A stretch of 64,000 nucleotides of DNA from IMG/VR virus record IMGVR_UViG_3300050821_004020, positions 1 through 64,000 of that record; one strand, 5' to 3'. A program made the translations under genes and the position numbers. The notes beneath the pieces were generated by a model, which worked only from the letters and a program-made list of their open reading frames with translations, was not told where the DNA came from and ran no database searches. Within the stretch, counting starts at the first letter, position 1. Every line of letters begins with the position of its first letter. Origin of the DNA: a virus (Duplodnaviria > Caudoviricetes). Positions 9,733-19,554 of this stretch are shown here, piece after piece.

Positions 9733-9891
9733 TTTCGAAGTCAGCAAGCGGTTTCATCGATGTCCAGGGCACCCGGTGACCGGACCCCTCGTCGCTACCG
9801 CTGGTGTCACGCTTCCAACGCTCACACCCACTGTTGCCCGCGTCTGATAGACCCTAGGAGCCTAAGCAGATCGCGTTGACCCCGAATACTT

Positions 9892-10893
9892 TTATTGCTT
9901 GGCCTTCGTCGCCGGGGGTTGAAACAGTACGCTAGCCGGGGTGGATCCGCCTAGGAACGTCGTAGGCCACTGCCCGTCCCATTTATCATGCATTAGCTCG
10001 ATGGTGCGGAGCTGGAGCAGCTCAGGCGTGATATTGCCCACCTGGAGCCGCTGGCCCTCGGCCTTGGCCTTGGCGACGATCAACGTGGACTGCGCCTCTC
10101 CCGTAGCGGCTGCGATAGCGGCGTCCGCCTTGCCCTTGGCTTCGGCTGCGGCTTGATCCGCCTCTACGCGGATACGGTTCAAGTCATTCTTGGCCTTCTC
10201 TGCATTCTGCTCCGCAACCTGCTTCGCCTCAATGCTCGCTTCATATTGCTGAGAGAACGAGAAGTTGGTAATGCTGGTGGACTCCGCTACGATGTAATAC
10301 GGCGCCAAACGCAGCTTCACGCGGTTTTCAATACCATCACGAACCTTTACGCGTTGCGTGATCAATTCTTGCGCGTTGTATTGGGACGCTTCGGCTTTGA
10401 TGGATTCAAGAATTGCGGGCTGGATGACACGGGTTTCTGCGTCGTTATTCAACTGCACTAGAATATCCATAGCATGGAGCGTGTCAACGTGGTAGCCCAG
10501 AGTGACTTCCATATTGACCAGCTGTAGATCTCCGGATGATGCCTGCTCCGAGACCTTGATGACGCGGGTCTGGACGGGCACTTCCGTAACGGTATCCCCA
10601 ATGGGCCGAACGAAATGAAGACCGGGCTGGAGTGTCCCAACCGGCCTGCCAAAGCGCTTGACCACACCGACTGAGCCCGCATCAACGGAGTACGCGCCCA
10701 GGAACAGCGAAAAGAAAATCAGGCCTAGGCCCGTACCGATTGCGCCCGGGACGTATGCGACCACGGTCTTATCCGGCGTTCCCTTGGCCTTGGTTGCATT
10801 CGCCTTTTCTGTCTCTACAAATGACTGCCAAATTGAATACCCAACACCTGCTAGCACTGAAACTACGAACAACAAAAACAGAAGTGATCCCAT
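9892..10893 (-). CDS. SPFH/Band-7 (prohibitin/HflK-like) membrane protein
   Basis: Two N-terminal TMs; VDAGSVGVVKRFG..PGLHFVRP; ITNFSFS; AxA/EA coiled coil; LRTIE..DKWDGQ.P. Confidence 0.9.
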   Translation of the reverse strand: MGSLLFLLFVVSVLAGVGYSIWQSFVETEKANATKAKGTPDKTVVAYVPGAIGTGLGLIFFSLFLGAYSVDAGSVGVVKRFGRPVGTLQPGLHFVRPIGDTVTEVPVQTRVIKVSEQASSGDLQLVNMEVTLGYHVDTLHAMDILVQLNNDAETRVIQPAILESIKAEASQYNAQELITQRVKVRDGIENRVKLRLAPYYIVAESTSITNFSFSQQYEASIEAKQVAEQNAEKAKNDLNRIRVEADQAAAEAKGKADAAIAAATGEAQSTLIVAKAKAEGQRLQVGNITPELLQLRTIELMHDKWDGQWPTTFLGGSTPASVLFQPPATKAKQ

Positions 10894-11662
10894 TATTCCT
10901 CTTTTCCTTGTTCTAATTTAACTGCATTATACAAATCATTGTCTTCCAGGCAGAATGCGCAACCCTCTGCTCGCGTCATGCCATGTTGGCACGGATCGCA
11001 CTTACAATGCAACTGCATACATTTGTTGCAGTCAACGCAGACTCCGCAGGGCGCATCACAGCGTTTACACTCACTCATACAAGCGCCTTATTCATTGCTT
11101 CTTTTATTCTGTCGTCGGAGTCTTTCACAAAGACTTCGCGCACATCTTCAAATCGCGCTCTAGCATCCTTCTTGAGTTTAAAGACATCCACGACACGGAA
11201 AGCTGGTTGAGGCGGGACGTATTCATCAACTGTATTCTCGAAAAACGGTCTACCGCTAACGTAGCCAACCCAACCGATTCTTTTCATGCTGTTCTCCTGC
11301 CGTCAAAGATAACCGCTCGTATCTTGCCGTCTGGACATTTCCATTTCCAAACGCCTTCATCATCAAACCAAACAGAACGATGCCTGCAAGTGTAGCAAAA
11401 TCCGCATCTGGAGCAAATGTAAATTAGCTCTCCTTGTTTGCCGGTGAGTCTGCAGGAATGCGCTGCCATCCTCGCCTCGCTTGCTGCGCATTTAATTGCT
11501 CCAGCGTAGCATTATCAATCTCATCTATCGTCATCACGGGCGGCTCAACCCAGACCTGTTTGCCCCGGGCCGCGTTCCTGGCTTTCTTCTGTTTGCGCCA
11601 GAGTTCAGCGGAGCCCGGGGACTTCCTGTCAGTTGAACGCTTTTTCGGGCCCTCTCGTCCGA

Positions 11663-12163
11663 TCATTCCCGGCCCTGCGTCTTGATGAAGTGCTCAACAC
11701 GGCGGATCGCCGCGAGTATGCGACCCTGCTGAGTCTTTGCTTTGTCATGTTGAGATCGAAACTGTTCCGGCCACCCAGTATAGACCGTTTCCTCTGTGCC
11801 GACATTGTACCAACCCTTAAAGAAAAAGAGACGATCTCTTTGATTTGCAGTCAAGCCAAGGTCTTTAGTGGCCTGCGCCAAAATCTGGTTGTTACGGCTA
11901 TCATCCCACCCTGACGGAAGTTCCAGTTTCTGAATGATATCAATTCCGCCGTCATCGTTGAGGACCCCGGTTCCAAAAACTAGAACGGTTTGACCCGCTA
12001 GGCAAGCAGCTGTATTGCAAACTGGCTTGATACTATTGGGTAAGGGGGTTATAAGCTCATAAATAGCACCGAAATGAGCCATGTCAAACCGTCCTACGGA
12101 CTCAGGTGAATCCAGTAGTTCTTCCAGGCTTTGAACCAGTTGCTTCAACTTATTGACCTTCAT
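11663..12163 (-). CDS. Hypothetical protein
   Basis: FDM..F...CNTAACLAG motif; coupled to the AAA gene. Confidence 0.55.
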   Translation of the reverse strand: MKVNKLKQLVQSLEELLDSPESVGRFDMAHFGAIYELITPLPNSIKPVCNTAACLAGQTVLVFGTGVLNDDGGIDIIQKLELPSGWDDSRNNQILAQATKDLGLTANQRDRLFFFKGWYNVGTEETVYTGWPEQFRSQHDKAKTQQGRILAAIRRVEHFIKTQGRE

Positions 12164-13245
12164 GCTGCCTCTCTTTCTTCCTTGTTGTCCACGAATCCCA
12201 CAGTGAAGCCTTTCGAGCCTTCTTGGAATTCACCTTTGAAGTTTTTCTTCAACCTGGAGATTGTCTCTTCCAGGGGGATCTCCAAAACCAAGTACGTTGT
12301 GGCGATCTCTCTTAGATATGCTAACGAAAGACCGGACGTCTTGTCAAGTATCATATTTAGGTCAATCTCTGACAGTGCCGAGCCGCATACATTCCTCAGA
12401 TACGCGGCGCGAGTAGCACGGGTAGCCGGGCTGATGCCGATTACCAAATCAAAGCGGCCTGGCCGGCGAATAAATCGATCTGCGATGGCCTTTGGTTTAT
12501 TTGTCGTCGCAATATGCACCACCCCATTAATTTGATTCTCTCCATCATACAAAGATAATGCTGCGGTCTCACTCTTTGCGACGTTGGATCCGTTTGACCC
12601 CTCTAGATACGTTTCAATATCCTCTGTCACGGTCATCACGGGCCTTTCCGGCTCAATGCTTCGGAATTCTTTCAACCCCTTAATCAAGACATCATAGTCA
12701 TCATTAACGTAGACTACGCCGCCAAGGTCGATGATCTGCTTCTTTAGCAGGCTGACGATGCTGGACTTCCCGCAGCCCGCTGGCCCATAAAGCATGATAC
12801 CGCGCTTCTGCAGAAAATTGTACTTCGCGTACACGTCTTTCTTTGACCAGAAGACCTTGATCTGATCCAAGATGTAATCCGTTGGGAGATCCGGGAGATC
12901 AATTAATCCGTCCGTGACAGAGTTCTGCTTCCGGCTCCACAGGCGGTCGTTAGCGTCTTCCTCCAGCATGTACTCACCCGGTGGAATGCTTGGTACGGAC
13001 TGCCCGATTGTAGCGAATGCAGTGCCCTTGGCGCCTACCTGCCACATCCCGACTTCAGTTTCTGGATTCATTTCGTCTTCTCCCTCATTCTTAATCCCGT
13101 GCTTTTCGTTGTACATTTTCTCTTCAGTCAAATACCACGATGCCTTCATATACCCGCGTAACACCTCGTTATCGATATGACTGTTTCTCTTTAAAAAGAT
13201 AGTCCTGAAAGAAATCACCGACCCCCCTTGGAGCACCACAAACAC
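12160..13245 (-). CDS. AAA+ ATPase, second paralog (true start probably downstream of 13245)
   Basis: GPAGCGKS, TEDIE, ATTNKP, RRPGRFD; shares PPGxY N-terminal motif with 1911-2915. Confidence 0.88.
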   Translation of the reverse strand: MFVVLQGGSVISFRTIFLKRNSHIDNEVLRGYMKASWYLTEEKMYNEKHGIKNEGEDEMNPETEVGMWQVGAKGTAFATIGQSVPSIPPGEYMLEEDANDRLWSRKQNSVTDGLIDLPDLPTDYILDQIKVFWSKKDVYAKYNFLQKRGIMLYGPAGCGKSSIVSLLKKQIIDLGGVVYVNDDYDVLIKGLKEFRSIEPERPVMTVTEDIETYLEGSNGSNVAKSETAALSLYDGENQINGVVHIATTNKPKAIADRFIRRPGRFDLVIGISPATRATRAAYLRNVCGSALSEIDLNMILDKTSGLSLAYLREIATTYLVLEIPLEETISRLKKNFKGEFQEGSKGFTVGFVDNKEEREAA

Positions 13246-13709
13246 AGGTCATCGTAATCACAAAAGATCAATGGCGCACTACACATGAAGCACTGCGTAT
13301 CAGTCTCGAACGGCAACTTGACGTACTTGCTTAGCTGTACCCAAGGTGGTAAATCTTCCGCTGAGATCCAAAATTTTCCCGGTGGGATCACCAACGGTGT
13401 CGTTGACGCTGGCGGCCCCAGGGCCTTTCTAGCCTTTGTGAATTCCTTTCTTAGCGCGGTCTTCTTTACGTCTTCTTCGTTGCGCTTCTTGTACTCGGCC
13501 AGTGCCCTCTCGGTAAGCGTTAGTTCCGCTGGGCGGTGCTTGTCTCGAAGAGCAGTAAGAACAGAGGGCTTTGTGGTGAACCACGTCCATGCTGGCGGGC
13601 CCGAAGTTCTAAACCCAGCCGCCTGTGCCGCGTCTTTATCGCCGGCCCAAGAGGCTTGGGCAAATTCAGCTTGAAAGTATTTCTCGGTGTCGTTCCAGAG
13701 GATACGCAC
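13215..13709 (-). CDS. Hypothetical protein with C-terminal CxxC pairs
   Basis: ORF in operon. Confidence 0.5.
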   Translation of the reverse strand: MRILWNDTEKYFQAEFAQASWAGDKDAAQAAGFRTSGPPAWTWFTTKPSVLTALRDKHRPAELTLTERALAEYKKRNEEDVKKTALRKEFTKARKALGPPASTTPLVIPPGKFWISAEDLPPWVQLSKYVKLPFETDTQCFMCSAPLIFCDYDDLCLWCSKGGR

Positions 13710-13915
13710 TTATTCGAATTTTACGTCCTTTAATTTCGTTGGGAGACAGCCCTGTTCTTCTAGCCAGCCCTCTGCAGCATTTTTCTCTTCCAACTTTATT
13801 CCCGCCGCTGATAAAACTTCTCGAGAAGAAAGAGAGTGCCCTTCCGAAAAAAGTACCCCGTCCACGTAGAGTCCTTCCCAATCCCCGGATGAACTGCTTA
13901 CCATAACGAGCTTCT

Positions 13916-14233
13916 TCATACCCTCTCCTTTTGGTGAAATTCTCGCTGGCCCTCGAGTAGATATTCATCCAGCTGTTCCTTCTGCTGACGACTGAATTCA
14001 AGGTACTGAGCCGCCTGTACGGTTAACGCGTTGTAACGCTCTAGTAGCGTGCTGTAATCCTCTTGTACCACTAGGTAACGCTCCCGGTAAGAGTCCAAAC
14101 CGTCCGTGAGATCCTTGAGGTACGCTAAGATCTGCGGAGGAGCTACAGGAGGCAGTTTGCCGGATAGCCAACCCTCTAGAATCCCCTTCGCAAACGCGGC
14201 GTCCTGATCAACGCTCGTCAATTCTTTTAGCAT
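13916..14233 (-). CDS. Hypothetical coiled-coil protein
   Basis: ORF with coupled overlaps. Confidence 0.5.
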   Translation of the reverse strand: MLKELTSVDQDAAFAKGILEGWLSGKLPPVAPPQILAYLKDLTDGLDSYRERYLVVQEDYSTLLERYNALTVQAAQYLEFSRQQKEQLDEYLLEGQREFHQKERV

Positions 14234-14463
14234 TATTCACACCTCGGATCAGTGAACGTGAAAGTCCCGTCGATCCTATTATCGTCATACCCTTCTCCAA
14301 GAAATTCATCGCCGCCCTCGGTGGCCTCAACCCACTTCTCGAAAGCCGCCTCTTCATCAACCGGAATAAAATAATGGGAATTATATACTTTACTGCCGAA
14401 AACTTTTTCAACATTTTTCATCCTTTGGTCCTCCGCTTGCACAAGTACTAGAACTGATTGGAG

Positions 14464-15267
14464 TTACGATTTTCTCCACCTATTGCTCTGTCGAAGAATC
14501 TTCGCGGCGTATTCTTCCTGTCGTTTTTTATTTTCTTCTACAGGCAAAATAGCGAAGGCACCTTGTTTAGCTTCGAATTCTAAGAGCCTTTTGGCACCCC
14601 ACGTCTTTTCTTTTTTGAGTGCTTTTTGTGCTGCGTCTAGTCGAGACCAATCCTTCAAGAATATGAATCGCTTCTTTGGTATGTCGGGCGTAACTATGAG
14701 CCGCTCTCCGTATTTCGGTTTGACAATTTCGTACTTTGTGGTTCCAAACTCGTTAAAAAATCGTTTTCTGCTGACTCTTTTACCATCTAACCACCACGTT
14801 GAACCGTCTGGCTGTGCATCTTCTACTTGTAACCAATTTGCAGCTAGATAAGTATTTCCAGTATGGCCTACTTCGCGGTCGGCATAGGTGATAGCCGAAT
14901 CAAAATTAGCAGTCTTGAAGAGCAGTCGCGTACTGTGAGCTAAAAGACTGCTCGTAGCCCATAGATGGCCGGGAATCCCGACCATGCGAACCAATTCAAT
15001 CGGCTCAAAACCCGCTGCTCTCATTCTTTTTTGGACTGATATAGAACGAGGAACACCCCAAACAGTGCACCCCTCGTCGTGCCCGAAACATAATTGCGCC
15101 GTTCGTACCGCCCCCAAATAGTGGTGTTGAAGAAGTTCATTCGCTTTTTTCAAAGAAATAACTTCCACGCGGGGAGATTTTTGGAGCGAGAAGGTCGGAG
15201 TCGAACCGCCGTCACCGATTGGAATCGGTTGTTTTACCGTTAAACTATTCCCGCATAGCTCGCTCAT
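14464..15267 (-). CDS. mom: Mom-like adenine-modifying enzyme (GNAT fold)
   Basis: HHYL, IELVRM, TSSLL, ITYAD...GHTGNTYLAANW motifs typical of the Mom family; AGGAG RBS. Confidence 0.8.
   Translation of the reverse strand: MSELCGNSLTVKQPIPIGDGGSTPTFSLQKSPRVEVISLKKANELLQHHYLGAVRTAQLCFGHDEGCTVWGVPRSISVQKRMRAAGFEPIELVRMVGIPGHLWATSSLLAHSTRLLFKTANFDSAITYADREVGHTGNTYLAANWLQVEDAQPDGSTWWLDGKRVSRKRFFNEFGTTKYEIVKPKYGERLIVTPDIPKKRFIFLKDWSRLDAAQKALKKEKTWGAKRLLEFEAKQGAFAILPVEENKKRQEEYAAKILRQSNRWRKS
15182..15254 (-). ncRNA. tRNA-Gly(TCC)-like cloverleaf embedded in the mom 5' coding region
   Basis: Acceptor GCGGGAA/TTCTCGC, T discriminator, CCA; D stem GTTT/AAAC; ACCGA-TTCCAA-TCGGT; GGCGG-TTCGACT-CCG(A)CC. 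Confidence 0.75.
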
Positions 15268-15423
15268 CGTGGCATCTCCTGAGCGAGTGAACCCGCATCA
15301 AACCAAGTCTTTCCGCCTTTCAACTGTTCGTAGGTAATTCGTGCGCCAGTTACTAAGTGCGCTCCTTCGGAAGTCAAGTATATAATTCCCAAATAATCAT
15401 GTCCAGATTCATCTGACATAATT

Positions 15424-15822
15424 CTAAATCGTGTCATCTTCGTCTTCTCCCCATGCCCTTTCTAATATTTCTGCCCAGAGTGTTTGTTTTATATCGGCGT
15501 CGTGATTAGCTTTATATTTCATTTCCGGTTCAAAGATCACATCCTCGTCAATTCGGATTCCCCGCGTGATCAAAAACGTGATGTCTTCCCAGTTCAAGTG
15601 AAGCCTGTTGTAGTCAGCGGGCTTGATAACCTTAGCAGCCAACGCCTCTCTGAAGGCCGCTCGTTGTTCTAAATCATGAGCGTAGTGCCAATCCTGATGG
15701 GGCTCCCGCTGAAGCCTAAGGCCGTTCTCTGTCCATGCGCTTACATTAAACTTGCAACGCGGGCACTGCCAATGATATTTAGGGCCAAAATCTCCTGGTG
15801 CGGTAAGCTCTCCATAAGCCAC
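15424..15822 (-). CDS. Hypothetical protein with CxxC
   Basis: GGGGG RBS; ORF in operon. Confidence 0.5.
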   Translation of the reverse strand: MAYGELTAPGDFGPKYHWQCPRCKFNVSAWTENGLRLQREPHQDWHYAHDLEQRAAFREALAAKVIKPADYNRLHLNWEDITFLITRGIRIDEDVIFEPEMKYKANHDADIKQTLWAEILERAWGEDEDDTI

Positions 15823-15830
15823 GGTGCCCC

Positions 15831-16388
15831 CTAGTGATAGATCGCCGGCAACGGTGACGGGTAAGGAAAATTAGCTCTGTTGATCCAGCCGTCCAGAAAT
15901 CGCTGATTGGACGGATTCAAATCTACAAGTCCATGATAGAAGCTGATCCATTCCGCACGGTACTGCGCGGCTACGATTTTGGGATCTTTCTGGCTGAGTT
16001 CAGCTAGCGTCACACCACCCAGGACACCGTCTGGATCCACCCCAAGGACTCGTTGAAGCGCCTTGACTGCTGTAGGGATGTTCCGGTTAACGGACCAGCT
16101 CAGCACTAGCGCGGCAATTTGATCGTCTGTAATTCTGTCCCCGTTGATGTGGCGCCAGAATTCTTCGTCGTAAAATATCTTTGCGCGATTAATGGCCAGG
16201 AAAGTGGTGCATGCACTCGCATCCCAAAAATTTGGGTTTGCCAATAACGGCAGCGTGCCAAAATTTTTGCTGGTGATGCCAAGCCTGGTGAGGCCGGCAC
16301 CGTCTCCCAAGTTCACAACCCGAGCTGGGACTTGCTTGTCATCTTCCTGATAAAGAAGCCACTCAACTATGGGCTCAAAGTTAGCCAC
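15831..16388 (-). CDS. Endolysin, glycoside hydrolase family 108 with peptidoglycan-binding domain
   Basis: GTG start; LLYQED..NLGDGAGLTRLGIT; ALQRVLGVDPDGVLG; RFLDGWINRA. Confidence 0.85.
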   Translation of the reverse strand: MANFEPIVEWLLYQEDDKQVPARVVNLGDGAGLTRLGITSKNFGTLPLLANPNFWDASACTTFLAINRAKIFYDEEFWRHINGDRITDDQIAALVLSWSVNRNIPTAVKALQRVLGVDPDGVLGGVTLAELSQKDPKIVAAQYRAEWISFYHGLVDLNPSNQRFLDGWINRANFPYPSPLPAIYH

Positions 16389-16647
16389 GTTTCTCTCCCT
16401 TGCAGTAGGCGCAGATGGGGACGCGCATCTTTTCGTACTGAGGACCCACTCGCATTTCAAAAATCGTCTCCCGCGCTCCACAGCCCTTGCACTGCGGTTC
16501 TTCAGCCACGAGCATTCCCTGTCTACTAAGCTTGATCCTTTCATTCGTTACGTTGTTGTATATAACTCCGGTACCATCAACGAACGTGTGGATGCGGTAC
16601 GAGGTCCAACCGGGTATTTTATCTCCGTTCAATAACATGGTGCTCCC

Positions 16648-16974
16648 TTAGAGAAGGTCGGCGTATGCGCCGAGTCGTACTAATCGCATAATTCCATCCT
16701 GATGTCGCGGGCCATGTCCCGCGTCAAATGGGAGACTAACATGAACCATCTCGTGAAGTAGTATGGTTCTTGTTATCCGTCCATATCCCTTGTATCGCTT
16801 ATTGATAGTGATCGCAACGGGGTCCTCTGCCCAGAAATCCGTTGCACCACCTGATTTGCAAGGTAATTTCCCGTATTGAACGCTTATCTTTGGGAGCTTA
16901 TTTTTAAAGTACTTTCGGTTGTAATAGCGGTACAACTGTGCCAGAGTCGGTATCGTCCTCTTTCTCTTTCTCAT
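16648..16974 (-). CDS. SprT-like zinc metalloprotease
   Basis: YNRKYFKNKLP; ILLHEMVH; GHGPRHQ. Confidence 0.75.
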   Translation of the reverse strand: MRKRKRTIPTLAQLYRYYNRKYFKNKLPKISVQYGKLPCKSGGATDFWAEDPVAITINKRYKGYGRITRTILLHEMVHVSLPFDAGHGPRHQDGIMRLVRLGAYADLL

Positions 16975-17136
16975 TTATAATCCTGTGCGCCCACTTCTTG
17001 CGGGATGCTTCTGTTTCATTACAGTGTGGGAAGATGTTCCAGAATGCTACCCAAAAGAAATGCTGCTGAAGGTCCTTCTCGTATCGCAACCCGTTACCGC
17101 CAATAATTACGGCGGTCATTTTAGAGACTGTGCGGC

Positions 17137-19344
17137 TCACGCCTCTACCGGTTCCTTTACTGCGTTGCCCATGTACTCGGACGCGATCTTTGCTAAATCA
17201 AATTGAACCGGCTGCGGCCCGTAAGACAGGAACTGCACATCTGCCTGTGCGGGAGTCTTAACTACGCGGCCCCGGGCCATTGCATGCAGGAAGAAGAGAT
17301 CGTATAGGTTCGTCTTCTTAATCTTCGTAAACGCCTTGCCCACCAGCACGATCTTCTCTTGCTGGTTCCGAATGTTCGAGCCTATTCTGGACGCGCCGCT
17401 AACTTCGGAGTCAACCCAGATAACACGGCGTTCCTGTAAATCAATAATCATGGGCACGACCATGCTGGACTCTGATGTAACGTCAATCTTGTCTACGACT
17501 GTCTTAGGCTCAAAAATTTCTCCCGAGCCTGGCTCCTGACGTAGCATCCAACCAGCGAAGCACTCTGGGACCTGATGGAAGCCGTCCGGCCCGGCGTACT
17601 TGTTAACGGACATCACGATGTAGCGGGCGCCATATCCCAGGGCGGACGGAATATCAATGTCAATGAATTCCGCCGCGCCCTTTGGCGCATCCGTGATGTC
17701 GCCAGAATGAACGGCCTTGTAAGTAGCTTCACGGGCCCCGTAGTAATTCCGCAGGTTGCCGTACCACACGGAACCTTTGCTGTTCCAATCTGCGTCATAC
17801 ATGGACGCAGACAGATCAAGATCGACGCGCCCGTTGCGATAGCCGTCATATTCATCATGATGGCCGGCACTTGTGTTCTTCCAATGGATGAAGAAGCGCA
17901 GGGTGTCCTTATCGCTGCCGAACGGAATCTGAGATCCACGCGTAACCGTGCGCAGACTGGCGGACGCCGAACGCTGGCTGAACGGCACTAAATAGTTCTT
18001 CAGTTCCGGGTCAATGTAAACCTTGCCCAGCTTCGGAAGCTGAGAGAAGCGCTGGCGCAGAGCATCCTCGGAGTAAACCACGATGCCGTTGATCAAGTCC
18101 GGATCAAGTGGCTGGCGGTCCTTTTCCTCGAGAAGCATAATCTTTGAGATGTTGCCCTTGGGCATGATGACACGGAAATTCTGCTTGTTCCTGTTCTCGA
18201 AATGACTGATTACCTGCAGCAGGACGGGCGTAGAAACCTGGTCCGCAACTTCACGGAAGCGGTCAATGATCCCAATACCCACAGCGGGTGCATTCTCTGC
18301 CAACCGCAGAAGATGATCCAGCCGGCGAGCGAATTCACCGGGACGCTTCTGCAGCATTTCAACCGCTGACGTCACTAAGCCGGACGCCAGCCTGGACTCG
18401 ACTAATGAATTAAATGTATTCAAGCGACGGCCATTCCGCGCCGCATCAAATGCAGCACGCACAAACCGATAGCTGGGATTCTTAAATTCCTTGGGGTGCA
18501 ATCGTTCCCCCAGCCGCTTCATTCGCTCATAGTCGCGGGCGAAAGACTCATCCAGATTCTTATCCTGGGCGAGCATGTCCATCAGGCCACGGCGCACGTA
18601 CCTGGGGAAGGACTTGAACTTTGTGTTGTCCTTAAGGGACACGTCGCCGCCAGATAGAGCGGTCGCAAGACGCAACACGTCCGTGCCGGTCTTGAACCAG
18701 TCCAGCTGGACGGGCTCCTTTTTGTTGATCAACGCCGCCGCGTAAGTAACGAGGTTTTCCTTGTTAGGAATCACGACGTCCGCATCAAGACAGTAACCTG
18801 CTCCCACTAACGCAACCATATCTGCTTTGTCCGTAGCGGACAGAGACGTATTCGAGGTAACGAGCTGGTCTTGAAGCTCCCAGAAATCAAGGTCAGCCTT
18901 CACTTCACCGATAGCCTTCAGAACAGTCAGTTTGACCTTTTCGGTCATGGGCTCCCTAGGAGACTTGCGATACGTCGGCAGCCAAATGTAATCTGGGTTG
19001 TGCGCGATGTCCGCGATCCACACGGAGAAATAGTGCATGATGGCGTTCAAATACAATTCGCCTTCAGCGGCCTCGGCCACTTGCTGGGGGAAGTTAGGAT
19101 ACATTACGCGGAAAAAGCCCGAGCCTCGCGCAGCGGATAACAACGCTAAAACTTCCTGCATAACGGGCGCAGACTTAGATTGCTTTGTGCTCTTGAGTTT
19201 TTGGATGGAAGCAGCGGATAGCGTGTAACCAAGTCCTTGAAGATTCAAATTGAACGCGGCCACTGCGCCTGGGTTGGTGGTACCCGGGGCATCAGGCAGG
19301 ACGATATAGTTCTTACGACGAAGCAGAATTGAATTCACGGACAT
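17137..19344 (-). CDS. Large helical-repeat protein with C-terminal TerD-like domain
   Basis: C-terminal RFFIHWK..RVDLDLSA..HSGDITDAP.GAAEFIDID; helical N-terminal region. Confidence 0.8.
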   Translation of the reverse strand: MSVNSILLRRKNYIVLPDAPGTTNPGAVAAFNLNLQGLGYTLSAASIQKLKSTKQSKSAPVMQEVLALLSAARGSGFFRVMYPNFPQQVAEAAEGELYLNAIMHYFSVWIADIAHNPDYIWLPTYRKSPREPMTEKVKLTVLKAIGEVKADLDFWELQDQLVTSNTSLSATDKADMVALVGAGYCLDADVVIPNKENLVTYAAALINKKEPVQLDWFKTGTDVLRLATALSGGDVSLKDNTKFKSFPRYVRRGLMDMLAQDKNLDESFARDYERMKRLGERLHPKEFKNPSYRFVRAAFDAARNGRRLNTFNSLVESRLASGLVTSAVEMLQKRPGEFARRLDHLLRLAENAPAVGIGIIDRFREVADQVSTPVLLQVISHFENRNKQNFRVIMPKGNISKIMLLEEKDRQPLDPDLINGIVVYSEDALRQRFSQLPKLGKVYIDPELKNYLVPFSQRSASASLRTVTRGSQIPFGSDKDTLRFFIHWKNTSAGHHDEYDGYRNGRVDLDLSASMYDADWNSKGSVWYGNLRNYYGAREATYKAVHSGDITDAPKGAAEFIDIDIPSALGYGARYIVMSVNKYAGPDGFHQVPECFAGWMLRQEPGSGEIFEPKTVVDKIDVTSESSMVVPMIIDLQERRVIWVDSEVSGASRIGSNIRNQQEKIVLVGKAFTKIKKTNLYDLFFLHAMARGRVVKTPAQADVQFLSYGPQPVQFDLAKIASEYMGNAVKEPVEA

Positions 19345-19363
19345 TTATTCGTCCTTTAAAAAG

Positions 19364-19440
19364 AATCTGGGCGGAGAGCGCAAGAGCTAGGCTTTTTATC
19401 AGAAGGTTTAGAAGGAAGCCCTTACATAGCCGCCCAGATT
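19364..19440 (-). ncRNA. Structured RNA motif, copy B (leader of TerD-domain gene)
   Basis: AATCTGGGCGG/CCGCCCAGATT outer stem, CTAT/GCTCT internal loop, 8-bp inner stem, TTCCTTCTA. Confidence 0.7.
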
Positions 19441-19466
19441 TTATTGTACTACTTTTGTTAGATCAA

Positions 19467-19546
19467 GGGCTGGAGAGCACCAGAGCTACTTTGGCGATGC
19501 ACCCTTTCGGGTGCTGAGTAGAAGGAAGCTCTGATATAGCCAGCCC
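19467..19546 (-). ncRNA. Structured RNA motif, copy A
   Basis: GGGCTGG/CCAGCCC stem, same CTAT/GCTCT loop and TTCCTTCTA, GCACCC-GAAA-GGGTGC hairpin. Confidence 0.7.
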
Positions 19547-19554
19547 GCACTACC

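Noticed and set aside
9740-9885. GC-rich intergenic region after the SPFH gene as an ncRNA
   Set aside because: Only weak, non-unique pairing seen and no recognisable motif
15350-15377. TTGACT-16-TAGTAA promoter upstream of mom
   Set aside because: Suboptimal spacing and -35 box; plausible but not supportable as a feature
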